Below are positions 37,392 to 45,378 of a stretch of 64,000 nt of DNA, one piece after another. This DNA is from Bdellovibrionales bacterium (GTDB lineage Bacteria; Bdellovibrionota; Bdellovibrionia; Bdellovibrionales; UBA1609). A program made the position numbers and the translations under genes. The notes under the pieces were generated by a model. That model did no database searches and was not told where the DNA came from. It was given only the letters and a program-made list of their open reading frames with translations. Position 1 is the stretch's first letter; every line of letters starts with the position of its first letter. The DNA lies in contig JBFWON010000002.1 of assembly GCA_050250515.1 (NCBI GenBank), positions 8,815-72,814 on the forward strand, written 5' to 3'.

Positions 37392-37417
37392 ACTAAATAT
37401 ATGCTCTGCGTTATCCT
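37389..37417 (+). promoter_or_regulatory. rightward sigma-70-like promoter
   Basis: TTGACT (37389-37394), a 17-nt spacer, then TATCCT (37412-37417). The -35 overlaps the right inverted repeat in the mirror-image layout of the leftward promoter. Confidence 0.4.
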
Positions 37418-37457
37418 GTACTCAGATGCTCAAGATTGATTGAGCTAGGAGGACAAG

Positions 37458-37760
37458 ATGAAAGATGCACAGTTAGCCAAAGAACTTATCGAGGTTATTG
37501 AACAGCGTAAACGTCTTGATAAGCGTGAGTCAGACCTCAAAGACCTTTTCAAAATCAAAATGACCAATCAAGGAATCAATACCCTGACCTTGGGTAATGT
37601 CCTTGTTTCATTAGTGCAAAAGAGCCGCACGGCTCTGGACAAGAAAGCACTCGTTACCGCATACGGTGAAGAGGTGGTCAGTCAATTCGAGAAAGTTACC
37701 GAGTATATTCAGGTTGATGTAAAAGACGAGTCAGTCACCGATAGCAAGAAAGCTGCTTAA
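37458..37760 (+). CDS. hypothetical protein (100 aa)
   Basis: ORF preceded by AGGAGG. Confidence 0.45.
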   Translation: MKDAQLAKELIEVIEQRKRLDKRESDLKDLFKIKMTNQGINTLTLGNVLVSLVQKSRTALDKKALVTAYGEEVVSQFEKVTEYIQVDVKDESVTDSKKAA

Positions 37761-37771
37761 TTGGTGATGCG

Positions 37772-38071
37772 ATGAAAAATACTTCGATTGCTCAAAAGAA
37801 TGACCTTTTAAGAAAATCCTTCTCTGGCTGTCGGGTTATGCTGACGGCTGGAGTTGCCGATAGTGAAAAGCAAACTCAAATCTTAGATGCGGTTAAGTCA
37901 TTCCACCAATTTACCGAAGACAATGATCCATATGGTGAGCATGACTTTGCTTTCTTAGAGGTCAACGGTGAGAAGTTCTTTTTCAAGTTCGACTATTACG
38001 ACAGCAATTATGAATTCTTCCAAGAAGACGGCAACAGAGTTCTCACGATTGGTCGGGCCGACGAGTATTGA
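37772..38071 (+). CDS. DUF3768-family protein
   Basis: FTEDNDPYGEHDFAFLEVNGEKFFFKFDYYD matches the NDPxGEHDFG...KIDYYD signature of DUF3768. Confidence 0.6.
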   Translation: MKNTSIAQKNDLLRKSFSGCRVMLTAGVADSEKQTQILDAVKSFHQFTEDNDPYGEHDFAFLEVNGEKFFFKFDYYDSNYEFFQEDGNRVLTIGRADEY

Positions 38072-38313
38072 GGGACAACTTTTGGAAAAATTATTTTTAA
38101 TTTTACCTATTCATTTTTATGGGAAAAAAGTGGCGCAGAAAAATTCTGACGGGAACCCTGCGCCTGAATATGAAAGAGCTAGGTCGAAAGGAAATGTCCA
38201 AAACCCCGATAGCCCGATTTTGCTAGGACCTGTTATTTTGGTTTTGGCAGAGGCTAGAGGGTAAACCAAAATTTCGCAGAATACCCAAGAAAGCGAAGTT
38301 TTAGAGGTTCAGG

Positions 38314-39069
38314 ATGAGAACGAAGGATCAAAACAAGGTCGTAAACATTGAGAATTTCGTTGCCAAAAGTGGTAAAGCGAAATCGCCAATACAGCTTTTA
38401 ATCAAAGCAATAGCGCGAAGTGTGAATCAGCATAAGATCCAATACGACCAACTCCGCTACGTCTTCAAGGCCGTGCGCCAACACTGTGAGCTTGAAGCTC
38501 CGAACCGTGGGCAAAAACTGTATGAGCTTCCCACAGAGGACGAGATGAGCCGCTTCTTTGGCGTTATCGAAAACCCTGTGCATCGGCTTATCTTTGAATT
38601 CTTGGATGGGAGCGGCTTGCGAGTCGCGGAGCTTTGTAATCTCGAAGTGAGTCGGATCGACTTTAAGAATAACACAGTCTTTGTCAAAGAAGGAAAGGGC
38701 CGCAAGGATCGAATGACCATTGTTGGGAATCGCTTGTTAGAAAAGATCCGCCTCTATTTGGACGGTCGGAAAAACCGCTATCTGTTTGAAAGCAATCGTC
38801 ACACTCGCTTTACCACAAGGCGAATTGAACAACTCTGCAAGCGGTATAAGGACCTTGCAGGTATTGAGCGCGACATAACCCCTCACACTTTTAGACACCG
38901 TTGGAACACGCGGCTTGCTGAAGGCGGCGTGAGCCGTGAGGGACGAGAAATACTGGCAGGTCACTCAAAAGGATCGGCGACGCAGGACATTTACACGCAC
39001 TTGGGCGTTGGCGGAATGAAGGATGAGGTCATAGCCATTCTTGATAAAAAAGATCAAGTTTCACGATGA
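38314..39069 (+). CDS. XerC/D-like tyrosine recombinase (251 aa)
   Basis: Motifs GLRVAELCNL, HTFRHRW, LAGHS and QDIYTHL, which together give the R, HxxR, H and Y catalytic set. Confidence 0.85.
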   Translation: MRTKDQNKVVNIENFVAKSGKAKSPIQLLIKAIARSVNQHKIQYDQLRYVFKAVRQHCELEAPNRGQKLYELPTEDEMSRFFGVIENPVHRLIFEFLDGSGLRVAELCNLEVSRIDFKNNTVFVKEGKGRKDRMTIVGNRLLEKIRLYLDGRKNRYLFESNRHTRFTTRRIEQLCKRYKDLAGIERDITPHTFRHRWNTRLAEGGVSREGREILAGHSKGSATQDIYTHLGVGGMKDEVIAILDKKDQVSR

Positions 39070-39339
39070 CGGCAGTCGGTATCTGAACGGATCTTGTTTC
39101 GTTCCTTGGCCAATCTTAATCACTGAGCCTGTTTCAAGCAAATACCGCAAAACTGCGATGAATCGCTTTCGACGGATGCGTGTCAGCTTTTGAAGTTGGT
39201 CACGGGTTGGACTTCCTGGCCTGGCTAGTTCCAAAATCGCCATTACGATGTGGAAATGGCTGTCATATCGCTTTTTTCCACGCGGCAAAGTCAATAAACG
39301 CTGACTGGCTTCGGGCAAATTCAGATTTGTTTCTTTCAT
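39061..39339 (-). CDS. possible winged-helix DNA-binding protein
   Basis: 92 aa, with ...FIAVLRYLLETGSVIKIGQG.... Converges on the recombinase with a 9-nt overlap. Confidence 0.35.
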   Translation of the reverse strand: MKETNLNLPEASQRLLTLPRGKKRYDSHFHIVMAILELARPGSPTRDQLQKLTRIRRKRFIAVLRYLLETGSVIKIGQGTKQDPFRYRLPSS

Positions 39340-39533
39340 GGTTTACCTCACTCATAAGACAAAGATTGTGGCCGTTCCCCTCACTTCAAAGGACCAAACG
39401 GGATTTTGCCCATAGGCCGTGTATGAGGCGTCCAAACCACGTTTTTTGCCCGTTCCGCTCAGAGTGAGTCCCTTTCGTTCCATTGTTTCAAGGTCATGGC
39501 CCTGAATCTTTAGGGGGAGCAGGAGACTAAACT

Positions 39534-39947
39534 ATGGACCAAAATGGAAACGACGTACTGAGTGAGATTTTTAGAAGGCGAGCCGCTGGGGAGATTACCC
39601 ACGGAGAAGCACTGCACGAATTAGCAGAATTGCGGCGAGCGCAGGACCGCGCCGAGGTCGAAGCAAGACGCTTAGGTCAACCAATCCATCATATTAGGCA
39701 ACAAGCTGTTGAGGAGCCAAAGCCAGCACCCCAAGCTCAATCGGTTGAACGAGTGCCATCATTCACTGAGGATGAGATTTTTTTGACCAGTGCAGAGGCG
39801 GCAAAGCTGCTTGGGTATGGCAGCGAGAAAAGTTTCAGGAATGCAGTAGCGGCAGGCAAAATCCCTCATTACAAGTTGATGGGGAACCAAAACCGATTCA
39901 AGAAAACTGAGATGCTGGCACTTCTCGTTCGAGTTGAACCTAAATAG
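39534..39947 (+). CDS. excisionase/AlpA-like HTH protein
   Basis: The C-terminal FLTSAEAAKLLGYGSEKSFRNAVAAGKIPHYKL resembles the excisionase-family HTH. Confidence 0.55.
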   Translation: MDQNGNDVLSEIFRRRAAGEITHGEALHELAELRRAQDRAEVEARRLGQPIHHIRQQAVEEPKPAPQAQSVERVPSFTEDEIFLTSAEAAKLLGYGSEKSFRNAVAAGKIPHYKLMGNQNRFKKTEMLALLVRVEPK

Positions 39948-39992
39948 TTCAGTCAAATCACTTTGACTTGTAGCGCCTATCGAAGTGAACCT

Positions 39993-40223
39993 TTATTTGA
40001 AAAGGTCTTTGGGTTCAATCTTGAGGACATGGCAAATTCTAGAAATCGTTCGTAAAGTTAGATTTTGTTTACCAGACTCAAATCGTTGCCAAACACGCGG
40101 CTCAAAGCCTTCCACCTGTTCTTGCGTCAGCCCACGCGCTTTTCGCGCTGTCTGAATGTTCAAAGCAACTTGCCTTGATAGTTTTTCGAGCCGTTTTTCT
40201 TCGGCGGTTGATCTTTTTCCCAC
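39993..40223 (-). CDS. XRE-family HTH regulator (76 aa)
   Basis: HTH region ARKARGLTQEQVEG...QRFESGKQNLTLRTISRICHVL. Confidence 0.75.
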   Translation of the reverse strand: MGKRSTAEEKRLEKLSRQVALNIQTARKARGLTQEQVEGFEPRVWQRFESGKQNLTLRTISRICHVLKIEPKDLFK

Positions 40224-40238
40224 CGTTTAAGTGTATTT

Positions 40239-40303
40239 ACGACCATTTATACAGCCCACGACCGTATAAGGTCGTATTTTCCGTGACGACCTTGAAAGGT
40301 CGG
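40239..40303. promoter_or_regulatory. operator cluster between the divergent XRE genes
   Basis: ACGACC-N6-GGTCGT at 40258-40275 and ACGACC-N6-GGTCG at 40286-40302. An extra ACGACC half-site lies at 40239-40244. Confidence 0.55.
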
Positions 40304-40375
40304 GATAAAATGCCGTGATATATTTGCGGAAACGCCTTGCGTTGTTGTTTGGCGTTCCTAAACAGAGGTCGATCA

Positions 40376-40735
40376 ATGGCGGGAAGAGTGCTCCCAAAAG
40401 AACTTGCGGTAAAGCTAGGCGTCTATATCCGCCAAGGCAGAACTGCGCGAAGACTATCTTTAGAGGCGGCGGCAGATCGTGCAGGAGTTTCTATCGAGAA
40501 AATCGTCGCCATCGAATCAGGCGACGGAGCAATCACTGATGTTGAGGTGCAAATCTGTGCAGCTAGGTATGGTGACGTAAGAGCTATTGAAATTGATATG
40601 CTCATTCGTAAATGGGCCTACGCTGAAATGCACCGCGAAGAGATGACCAAACGACGAAAGCATCTGTCTATTGTTGGGCACGATCCGAAGCCGTGGGAGC
40701 GAGGAGCCTTTGCTTCAAGTGCTAATTGTCGATGA
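40376..40735 (+). CDS. XRE-family HTH regulator
   Basis: ATG at 40376 follows AGAGG. HTH region RTARRLSLEAAADRAGVSIEKIVAIESG. Confidence 0.65.
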   Translation: MAGRVLPKELAVKLGVYIRQGRTARRLSLEAAADRAGVSIEKIVAIESGDGAITDVEVQICAARYGDVRAIEIDMLIRKWAYAEMHREEMTKRRKHLSIVGHDPKPWERGAFASSANCR

Positions 40736-41075
40736 CAACGCTGATTATTGTTGCCTGCTATCCAAAACACTAGAGCAGCGTATCCATGCTCATACTACTT
40801 CGGTTTTGTCTGGAAAACTCGCCATTGAAGCCCTAAGAGTCGGCAAATTCGATGTAATGATCTGCGATTTTGAAATGCCAGGGATGAACGGCTTCGATGT
40901 ATTTCAGGCGATGATTGCCGAGGACTTGTTTTGCCCATTCTTGCTGTACACAAATGCCGACCTCAGTCGGCTACCCAGATTTGAAGGCCCTGGTTTTCTC
41001 GGCATCGTCAAGAAAATGGAGGCTGAAAAGCTATTCAAGCATTTGGACCTTTTGATACTGAAAGGCAGCGACTAG
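40710..41075 (+). CDS. stand-alone response-regulator receiver (CheY-like)
   Basis: Motifs VLIVDDN and DVMICDFEMPGMNG. The start is uncertain: TTG at 40710 or GTG at 40719, after GAGGAG. No output domain. Confidence 0.7.
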   Translation: MLQVLIVDDNADYCCLLSKTLEQRIHAHTTSVLSGKLAIEALRVGKFDVMICDFEMPGMNGFDVFQAMIAEDLFCPFLLYTNADLSRLPRFEGPGFLGIVKKMEAEKLFKHLDLLILKGSD

Positions 41076-41147
41076 AGCGTCAAAGTTGGAGGTCGCTACC
41101 ATTTTCTACCAAGTGCAGGTTAGAATTTCAGAACGAAAGCAGGGAAA

Positions 41148-41459
41148 ATGATTTTTCAATGGTTCAACAAAAGTTTGGATAAGGAAAAGGAACAAACAAA
41201 AGAGCGACTTGTCGCCGTTCTGGACAAAGAAATCAATAGCATCAAGAGTTCGATCCAAAACACACCATCAGACCGAATCGGCCAAAAGGATGAGTTGCAT
41301 AAACTGATGGCGAGTTTGATAGTGCGAAAAGCCTTAGCTGAATTTGAATCCGAAGAAATAATCAAAAAAAGAATGGATATGCGAGTCTCGTTTTTTGCGC
41401 TTGTGATGAGCAGTCTATCCCTGTTGTTTTCCATTGCCACATTCATAGCTCGGCGTTGA
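41148..41459 (+). CDS. hypothetical C-terminally membrane-anchored protein
   Basis: 103 aa with a C-terminal TM (FFALVMSSLSLLFSIATFIA). Confidence 0.4.
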   Translation: MIFQWFNKSLDKEKEQTKERLVAVLDKEINSIKSSIQNTPSDRIGQKDELHKLMASLIVRKALAEFESEEIIKKRMDMRVSFFALVMSSLSLLFSIATFIARR

Positions 41460-41466
41460 GGGAAGC

Positions 41467-42138
41467 GTGGAATTTTGGGAGGGACTGAAAATGAACCCGT
41501 TTGATGCAGAACTGTTCAACATCTTTAAGAGCCACAATCCCAATGTAAAACCAGAAGACGTAACAAAGTGGAGTGCAAGTCATTCACAGTGGGCTTCTAG
41601 AAACTATCTTCGGTCTGCGCAGTGGATTGATTCGACACTAAGGCACCTCGATAAGCAATTGGGCGACGTTGACGTTGAGAAGTTCATTATAAATGTTTAT
41701 GGCATCGCCCTTGACCTGCCTGACTTTGTGGAAAAGAAGACCAAATTTTTTGGGATGCTTGGTTTTTCCAGCCATTCAGAAGTCAGAAAATATGTTGTCA
41801 GGCAACTTCGTGATCGAGGGATGCAGATTCACATTTTACAATTGCTCCAACTCGATGAGGTTCTTTCGGAGTTTATCGAGAAGACCTTCTCTGTGGAGGA
41901 GCTTTTCGCAACGGCCTTTTACCGCAATAGCTATTGTCACCCGTCGCTATCGGCTTACACGGTCAAACTGTCCTCAAAAAAGAAAGGTGTTAAGTTCGAT
42001 CCAGCGAAGTACGAAGCGTTTTTGCAATTACAACCGTATGACGAACTGGATTTGTGCAAGACCATATATGAAAAACTAAATCAAAATCGTAATGCCCTGA
42101 ACAGAATCAAGGATCTGCTCATGGCTTTAAGGGGGTAA
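41467..42138 (+). CDS. hypothetical protein (223 aa)
   Basis: ORF with no motif. An alternative ATG lies at 41491. Confidence 0.45.
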   Translation: MEFWEGLKMNPFDAELFNIFKSHNPNVKPEDVTKWSASHSQWASRNYLRSAQWIDSTLRHLDKQLGDVDVEKFIINVYGIALDLPDFVEKKTKFFGMLGFSSHSEVRKYVVRQLRDRGMQIHILQLLQLDEVLSEFIEKTFSVEELFATAFYRNSYCHPSLSAYTVKLSSKKKGVKFDPAKYEAFLQLQPYDELDLCKTIYEKLNQNRNALNRIKDLLMALRG

Positions 42139-42142
42139 GCCT

Positions 42143-42544
42143 ATGGACTTGATAGAATCTCTTTTTCAAAAGTCTGGCAAAACGGAGAGTGATTTAATCA
42201 AGACCGCCGACGAAATCATGTCGCTATCCCAAGAAAATCCGACCTTCAAGAGAGGCAAGCGCCTCATGGATATGATGAATTTTCTTGAGCAGGCGGTGAT
42301 CGGGCCAGAGCATATCAATGACGAGAACCACTCTGATGCTCGACAGTTGATTCAGGACGAAAGAAAGATCCTTTCAGACCAAATGATGCACTGGACACTT
42401 TCGTCAAATTTTACCAAGGAAGAATTGGTCGCCTGGCTTAAACGGTACTATGCCATTGACTATTACGCTCGGCATTTTCGACTTGGAGATGAGTTCTTTG
42501 CGGCCATAACAGGGCAGGCAAAGAAGCGGTCCACCCAACACTAG
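42143..42544 (+). CDS. hypothetical protein (133 aa)
   Basis: ORF beginning 4 nt after the previous stop. Confidence 0.45.
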   Translation: MDLIESLFQKSGKTESDLIKTADEIMSLSQENPTFKRGKRLMDMMNFLEQAVIGPEHINDENHSDARQLIQDERKILSDQMMHWTLSSNFTKEELVAWLKRYYAIDYYARHFRLGDEFFAAITGQAKKRSTQH

Positions 42545-42725
42545 GCAATCAAAAGATCCAGGGCCGCTCAATCCAAAAGCGGTCGTTCCATAGACATATG
42601 ATATAGGCAGTAGAGAAGCCAAAATCGGCCTTCCTGCGCCGCCTTTTACCTTCTCCCTTCAAAACCTAACACGCCATGACGCGCAATGACCGCGTTCCTC
42701 AATCCCATTTATAAAAGAGTCTAAC

Positions 42726-42786
42726 TTGGTAGAGCGCCACCCTTACAAGGTGGATGTCGTCGGTTCGAGCCCGGCATTCCCTACCA
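42726..42786 (+). pseudogene. 3' fragment (positions 16-76) of the split tRNA-Val(UAC); island right junction
   Basis: TTGGTA-GAGC-G-CCACC-CTTACAA-GGTGG-ATGTC-GTCGG-TTCGAGC-CCGGC-ATTCCCT-A-CCA. The acceptor 3' strand pairs with AGGGAAT at 25040. Confidence 0.85.
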
Positions 42787-42875
42787 ATCGTCAGGCTGTT
42801 CAAACCGGCTCTTTTTCGCTGTTCAGGTGTGGGCCCCTCAAGCTATGACTTGCGGAAACTTTACGAGGGGTGATT

Positions 42876-43229
42876 ATGAGGAAAGTGGTTTGGATCCTGG
42901 TTCTTCTAGGCGTGTCTCAGCGGTCATGGGGCCACCAGCAGGTCCGGTGTTTTGTAGTAGAAAAATGCCTTGAGAGAATTTTAAGCTGCACACCCGATAG
43001 TCTTCAGGACGGCGGATGGAATGCGTGGACTACTTATCGCATCGGTAAAAAGGTCACCTGTGTGACGGATGCAGGGCTGCAGACCTTTTGGACCTATGGT
43101 GAACAAGGTACCTTGTACGCAACCGGTTCCATCACATTTTATACAATGCCCTCGAGAAAGGCTGCGATTGCAAAGTGTGAGTCAGATTACGCGCAAGCGA
43201 GCCGGGGTTATCACGCATGCGTGCCGTAG
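42876..43229 (+). CDS. small secreted Cys-containing protein
   Basis: Signal peptide MRKVVWILVLLGVSQRSWG. Confidence 0.45.
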   Translation: MRKVVWILVLLGVSQRSWGHQQVRCFVVEKCLERILSCTPDSLQDGGWNAWTTYRIGKKVTCVTDAGLQTFWTYGEQGTLYATGSITFYTMPSRKAAIAKCESDYAQASRGYHACVP

Positions 43230-43323
43230 AATTTAGACACCCGAGCAAGAGTCTCAACTTGAGACGCTCTTTCGTATCATCGATGTAACGCGACGGCGAC
43301 TGCCTTTGTAGTAGAGTGAAGAG

Positions 43324-43716
43324 ATGCTGATAAAAATGATGCTTTATTTCATTCTTCCGGTAAACGCCACAACTCTATGTCCGGATAAAAAAACGCCAGA
43401 TGTAGTGCCCCGCTTAAAGTTTCTGCGGCCCACTGAGGTTCGGATATCCACTCAGCCGGGTGCTAGTTTCATTGAGCAGGCAGACAAGGACGACATTCAT
43501 CGCTCGTCTAAGGACTTCTGTATCACGGCATTCACGGCCGCCGACGGCCGGCGGTGGATAGCGTATCGCCGCGATGCTGGAGCGCAAGTGAGCCGATACG
43601 TGCCCGCCGAGCACGTCGAAGTCATGCTAGGAAGAAAAAAGGTGGAGTTAGATTTCTCATCGGGCGAGTCGTCGGTGCCGCGCAGTCCCCCGGCGAGCGT
43701 GCAAGGAACCAAATAG
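43324..43716 (+). CDS. hypothetical protein
   Basis: 130-aa ORF. Several overlapping ORFs in a locally GC-rich stretch make the frame choice uncertain. Confidence 0.3.
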   Translation: MLIKMMLYFILPVNATTLCPDKKTPDVVPRLKFLRPTEVRISTQPGASFIEQADKDDIHRSSKDFCITAFTAADGRRWIAYRRDAGAQVSRYVPAEHVEVMLGRKKVELDFSSGESSVPRSPPASVQGTK

Positions 43717-43837
43717 ATTCCTCCCGATCCATGCGCACTGATCAACCCGTCCCAAATTGAGTCATCGAACTTCAAATTTATAATCCCTCGAAGAAGCGCA
43801 CTTTCTGCACAATGTGTTGGTAGGCATGGGAGGGGTT

Positions 43838-44260
43838 ATGAGAAAGCTTCGTCAAGGTCAATTGGTCGGGCTCATGGCGGTACTCATTTTGCTCGTCGGA
43901 TTTCAAAACTGCGCTCGCCGCTCCGCCAGCGATGGTCAGATGGATCAGAACCAAGTTCAAGGCGTAGATAACGATAGCTTTGTCCTCTATTGCCATGGAT
44001 GGACGGGTCCAACTCTTGTCCAATTGCATCTACTTTTTGCCAATGGTCTTTATGAGCTGAGGGTGTCCTTTGCTGACTTTCCAGGTCTTCCCACTGATTT
44101 TACGGTGGTTAGGGACTCAACCGATTTCACCAGTATCACTGGGGCTTCTGCCACGAGTATTTCATTGCAGGCGGTCTCGTTTAGTGATGATCGCAAGGTG
44201 GCCCAAGTCAGTGCTCTTCTCAACGGAGTAGCCCAGTCCATCAGTCTAAACTGCAATTAG
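43838..44260 (+). CDS. lipoprotein, unknown function
   Basis: ATG at 43838 follows GGGAGGGG. Lipobox LLVGFQNCA. Confidence 0.5.
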   Translation: MRKLRQGQLVGLMAVLILLVGFQNCARRSASDGQMDQNQVQGVDNDSFVLYCHGWTGPTLVQLHLLFANGLYELRVSFADFPGLPTDFTVVRDSTDFTSITGASATSISLQAVSFSDDRKVAQVSALLNGVAQSISLNCN

Positions 44261-44282
44261 AGGCTCCAGACGAAACAAATGA

Positions 44283-45263
44283 CTACTGGCAATAGGACGC
44301 GATCGGGTGAAGGCTAGCGGAGGCGACGTAAACAAAATCGCCAGGCTGACCAAATTCATCTCGCAAACCCGCGACCAATCGGGCGGAGCTTACCGAAAAT
44401 CCGTGAATTCCCGCGGCTCCGGCTGAGTTGAAAAAGATAGTCACAACATAACCCGAGCCATAAGGTACGGCACTCGTGCTAACCGAGTTGTATCCGATCA
44501 CCCACGGAACGATCATGAGGCCCGTGTCGAAATCGAGAAGAGTCGTAACCTGGTAGTTGGAAGTAGGCCCTTGAAGGTTGATGGTGGCGGCATTCGTATT
44601 TCCCCGCGAAACAAGAAAAGATACGGCGTAGTCCGTTGACCCCGAAAGTGACTGGGTCTGGTAGAGTCCACGCCAAAATTCCAGCGGAGAGTTAAGGCGT
44701 CGAATTTGATATCGCGACAGAGCCTGTAAGGAGCCAAATAGAGAAGGGACAATGCCTTCATGAGATTGCCAAAAAGGGGCCGTGAAAACGTTTGGGCTTG
44801 CCATTTGGTTCGCGGGCTCAAGACCAGAGAGTATCATTCCGGTTGGGCAGGTTTTCGGCACGACATCGAACTCGCCTGGGTCTTTCTGAACGTTAAAGCT
44901 TTGGGTTTGAAAAACGATCGAAGCTCCGTCGGCCGACACTTGAATCTGGTCCGGGGGGATGGTGGCGGGCTCTATGTCCGTGCAGTTTTCACGCACGAGG
45001 ACAGCCGATCGATCCTCAGCCGAATACTGAATCGATCGATTGGGAAAAGGTCGACCAAGCCTTCCTATTTCTTTGCACGGCTCATTCGCCTTGCTGAAGG
45101 CATAAGACTCTGTCTTACCAGTGTAAAAATCTCCATTGTTCTGCGTGCGCCCGGGACCTTGGGTTTTAAACTTGTTTGTGCAAGCTTGGAATTCGGCTGT
45201 GATGAGTGACAGGAACAAAATCGCTAAGGCGATATTGCGGCCGCGTTTTAAAGTTGGTTTCAT
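44283..45263 (-). CDS. lipoprotein/secreted protein, unknown function
   Basis: The ATG at 45263 gives MKPTLKRGRNIALAILFLSLITAEFQACTN. Confidence 0.5.
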   Translation of the reverse strand: MKPTLKRGRNIALAILFLSLITAEFQACTNKFKTQGPGRTQNNGDFYTGKTESYAFSKANEPCKEIGRLGRPFPNRSIQYSAEDRSAVLVRENCTDIEPATIPPDQIQVSADGASIVFQTQSFNVQKDPGEFDVVPKTCPTGMILSGLEPANQMASPNVFTAPFWQSHEGIVPSLFGSLQALSRYQIRRLNSPLEFWRGLYQTQSLSGSTDYAVSFLVSRGNTNAATINLQGPTSNYQVTTLLDFDTGLMIVPWVIGYNSVSTSAVPYGSGYVVTIFFNSAGAAGIHGFSVSSARLVAGLRDEFGQPGDFVYVASASLHPIASYCQ

Positions 45264-45378
45264 ACTATGTACACCCACACCATTCGTCCCTTGGTGACCC
45301 ACACTCTATTCTACCGGTTGGAAATCCAGGACAAACTAAAAAATTTGAAGCGAAGCTGAGCGACTCAAATTGGGTCAT

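Larger units (their letters stand above)
25055..42752. mobile_element. integrative island (~17.7 kb) inserted in tRNA-Val, bounded by 27-bp direct repeats
   Basis: The direct repeat TTGGTAGAGCGCCACCCTTACAAGGTG occurs at 25055-25081 and 42726-42752. The integrase lies next to the left end, and a recombinase plus an excisionase-like gene lie near the right end. The island has a replication module and is visibly more AT-rich than its flanks. Confidence 0.8.

Noticed and set aside
37968-38264. 98-aa ORF overlapping the DUF3768 gene end and the region upstream of the recombinase
   Set aside because: It overlaps a motif-supported gene in another frame, and the rest covers hairpin-rich intergenic DNA.
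40315-40539. 74-aa ORF overlapping the start of the rightward XRE gene
   Set aside because: It is a different frame of the same DNA with an Arg-rich product. The XRE frame has the HTH motif and an RBS-preceded ATG at 40376.
40671-40735. Possible frameshifted XRE-receiver fusion, suggested by a 65-nt overlap of the two track ORFs
   Set aside because: A GAGGAG RBS followed by TTG/GTG starts at 40710 and 40719 gives a normal stand-alone receiver N-terminus (VLIVDDN). There is no need to invoke a frameshift.
25217-42786. The classical model, in which the island integrated at the 3' end of the intact tRNA-Val (25217-25292) and 42726-42786 is the displaced or duplicated 3' end
   Set aside because: The right-hand fragment has a self-consistent T stem (GTCGG/CCGGC) and the acceptor strand ATTCCCT. 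That strand cannot pair with AGGGGGT of the intact tRNA, but it pairs perfectly with the orphan 5' fragment at 25040. Neither tRNA is chimeric, so the split-gene model fits better.
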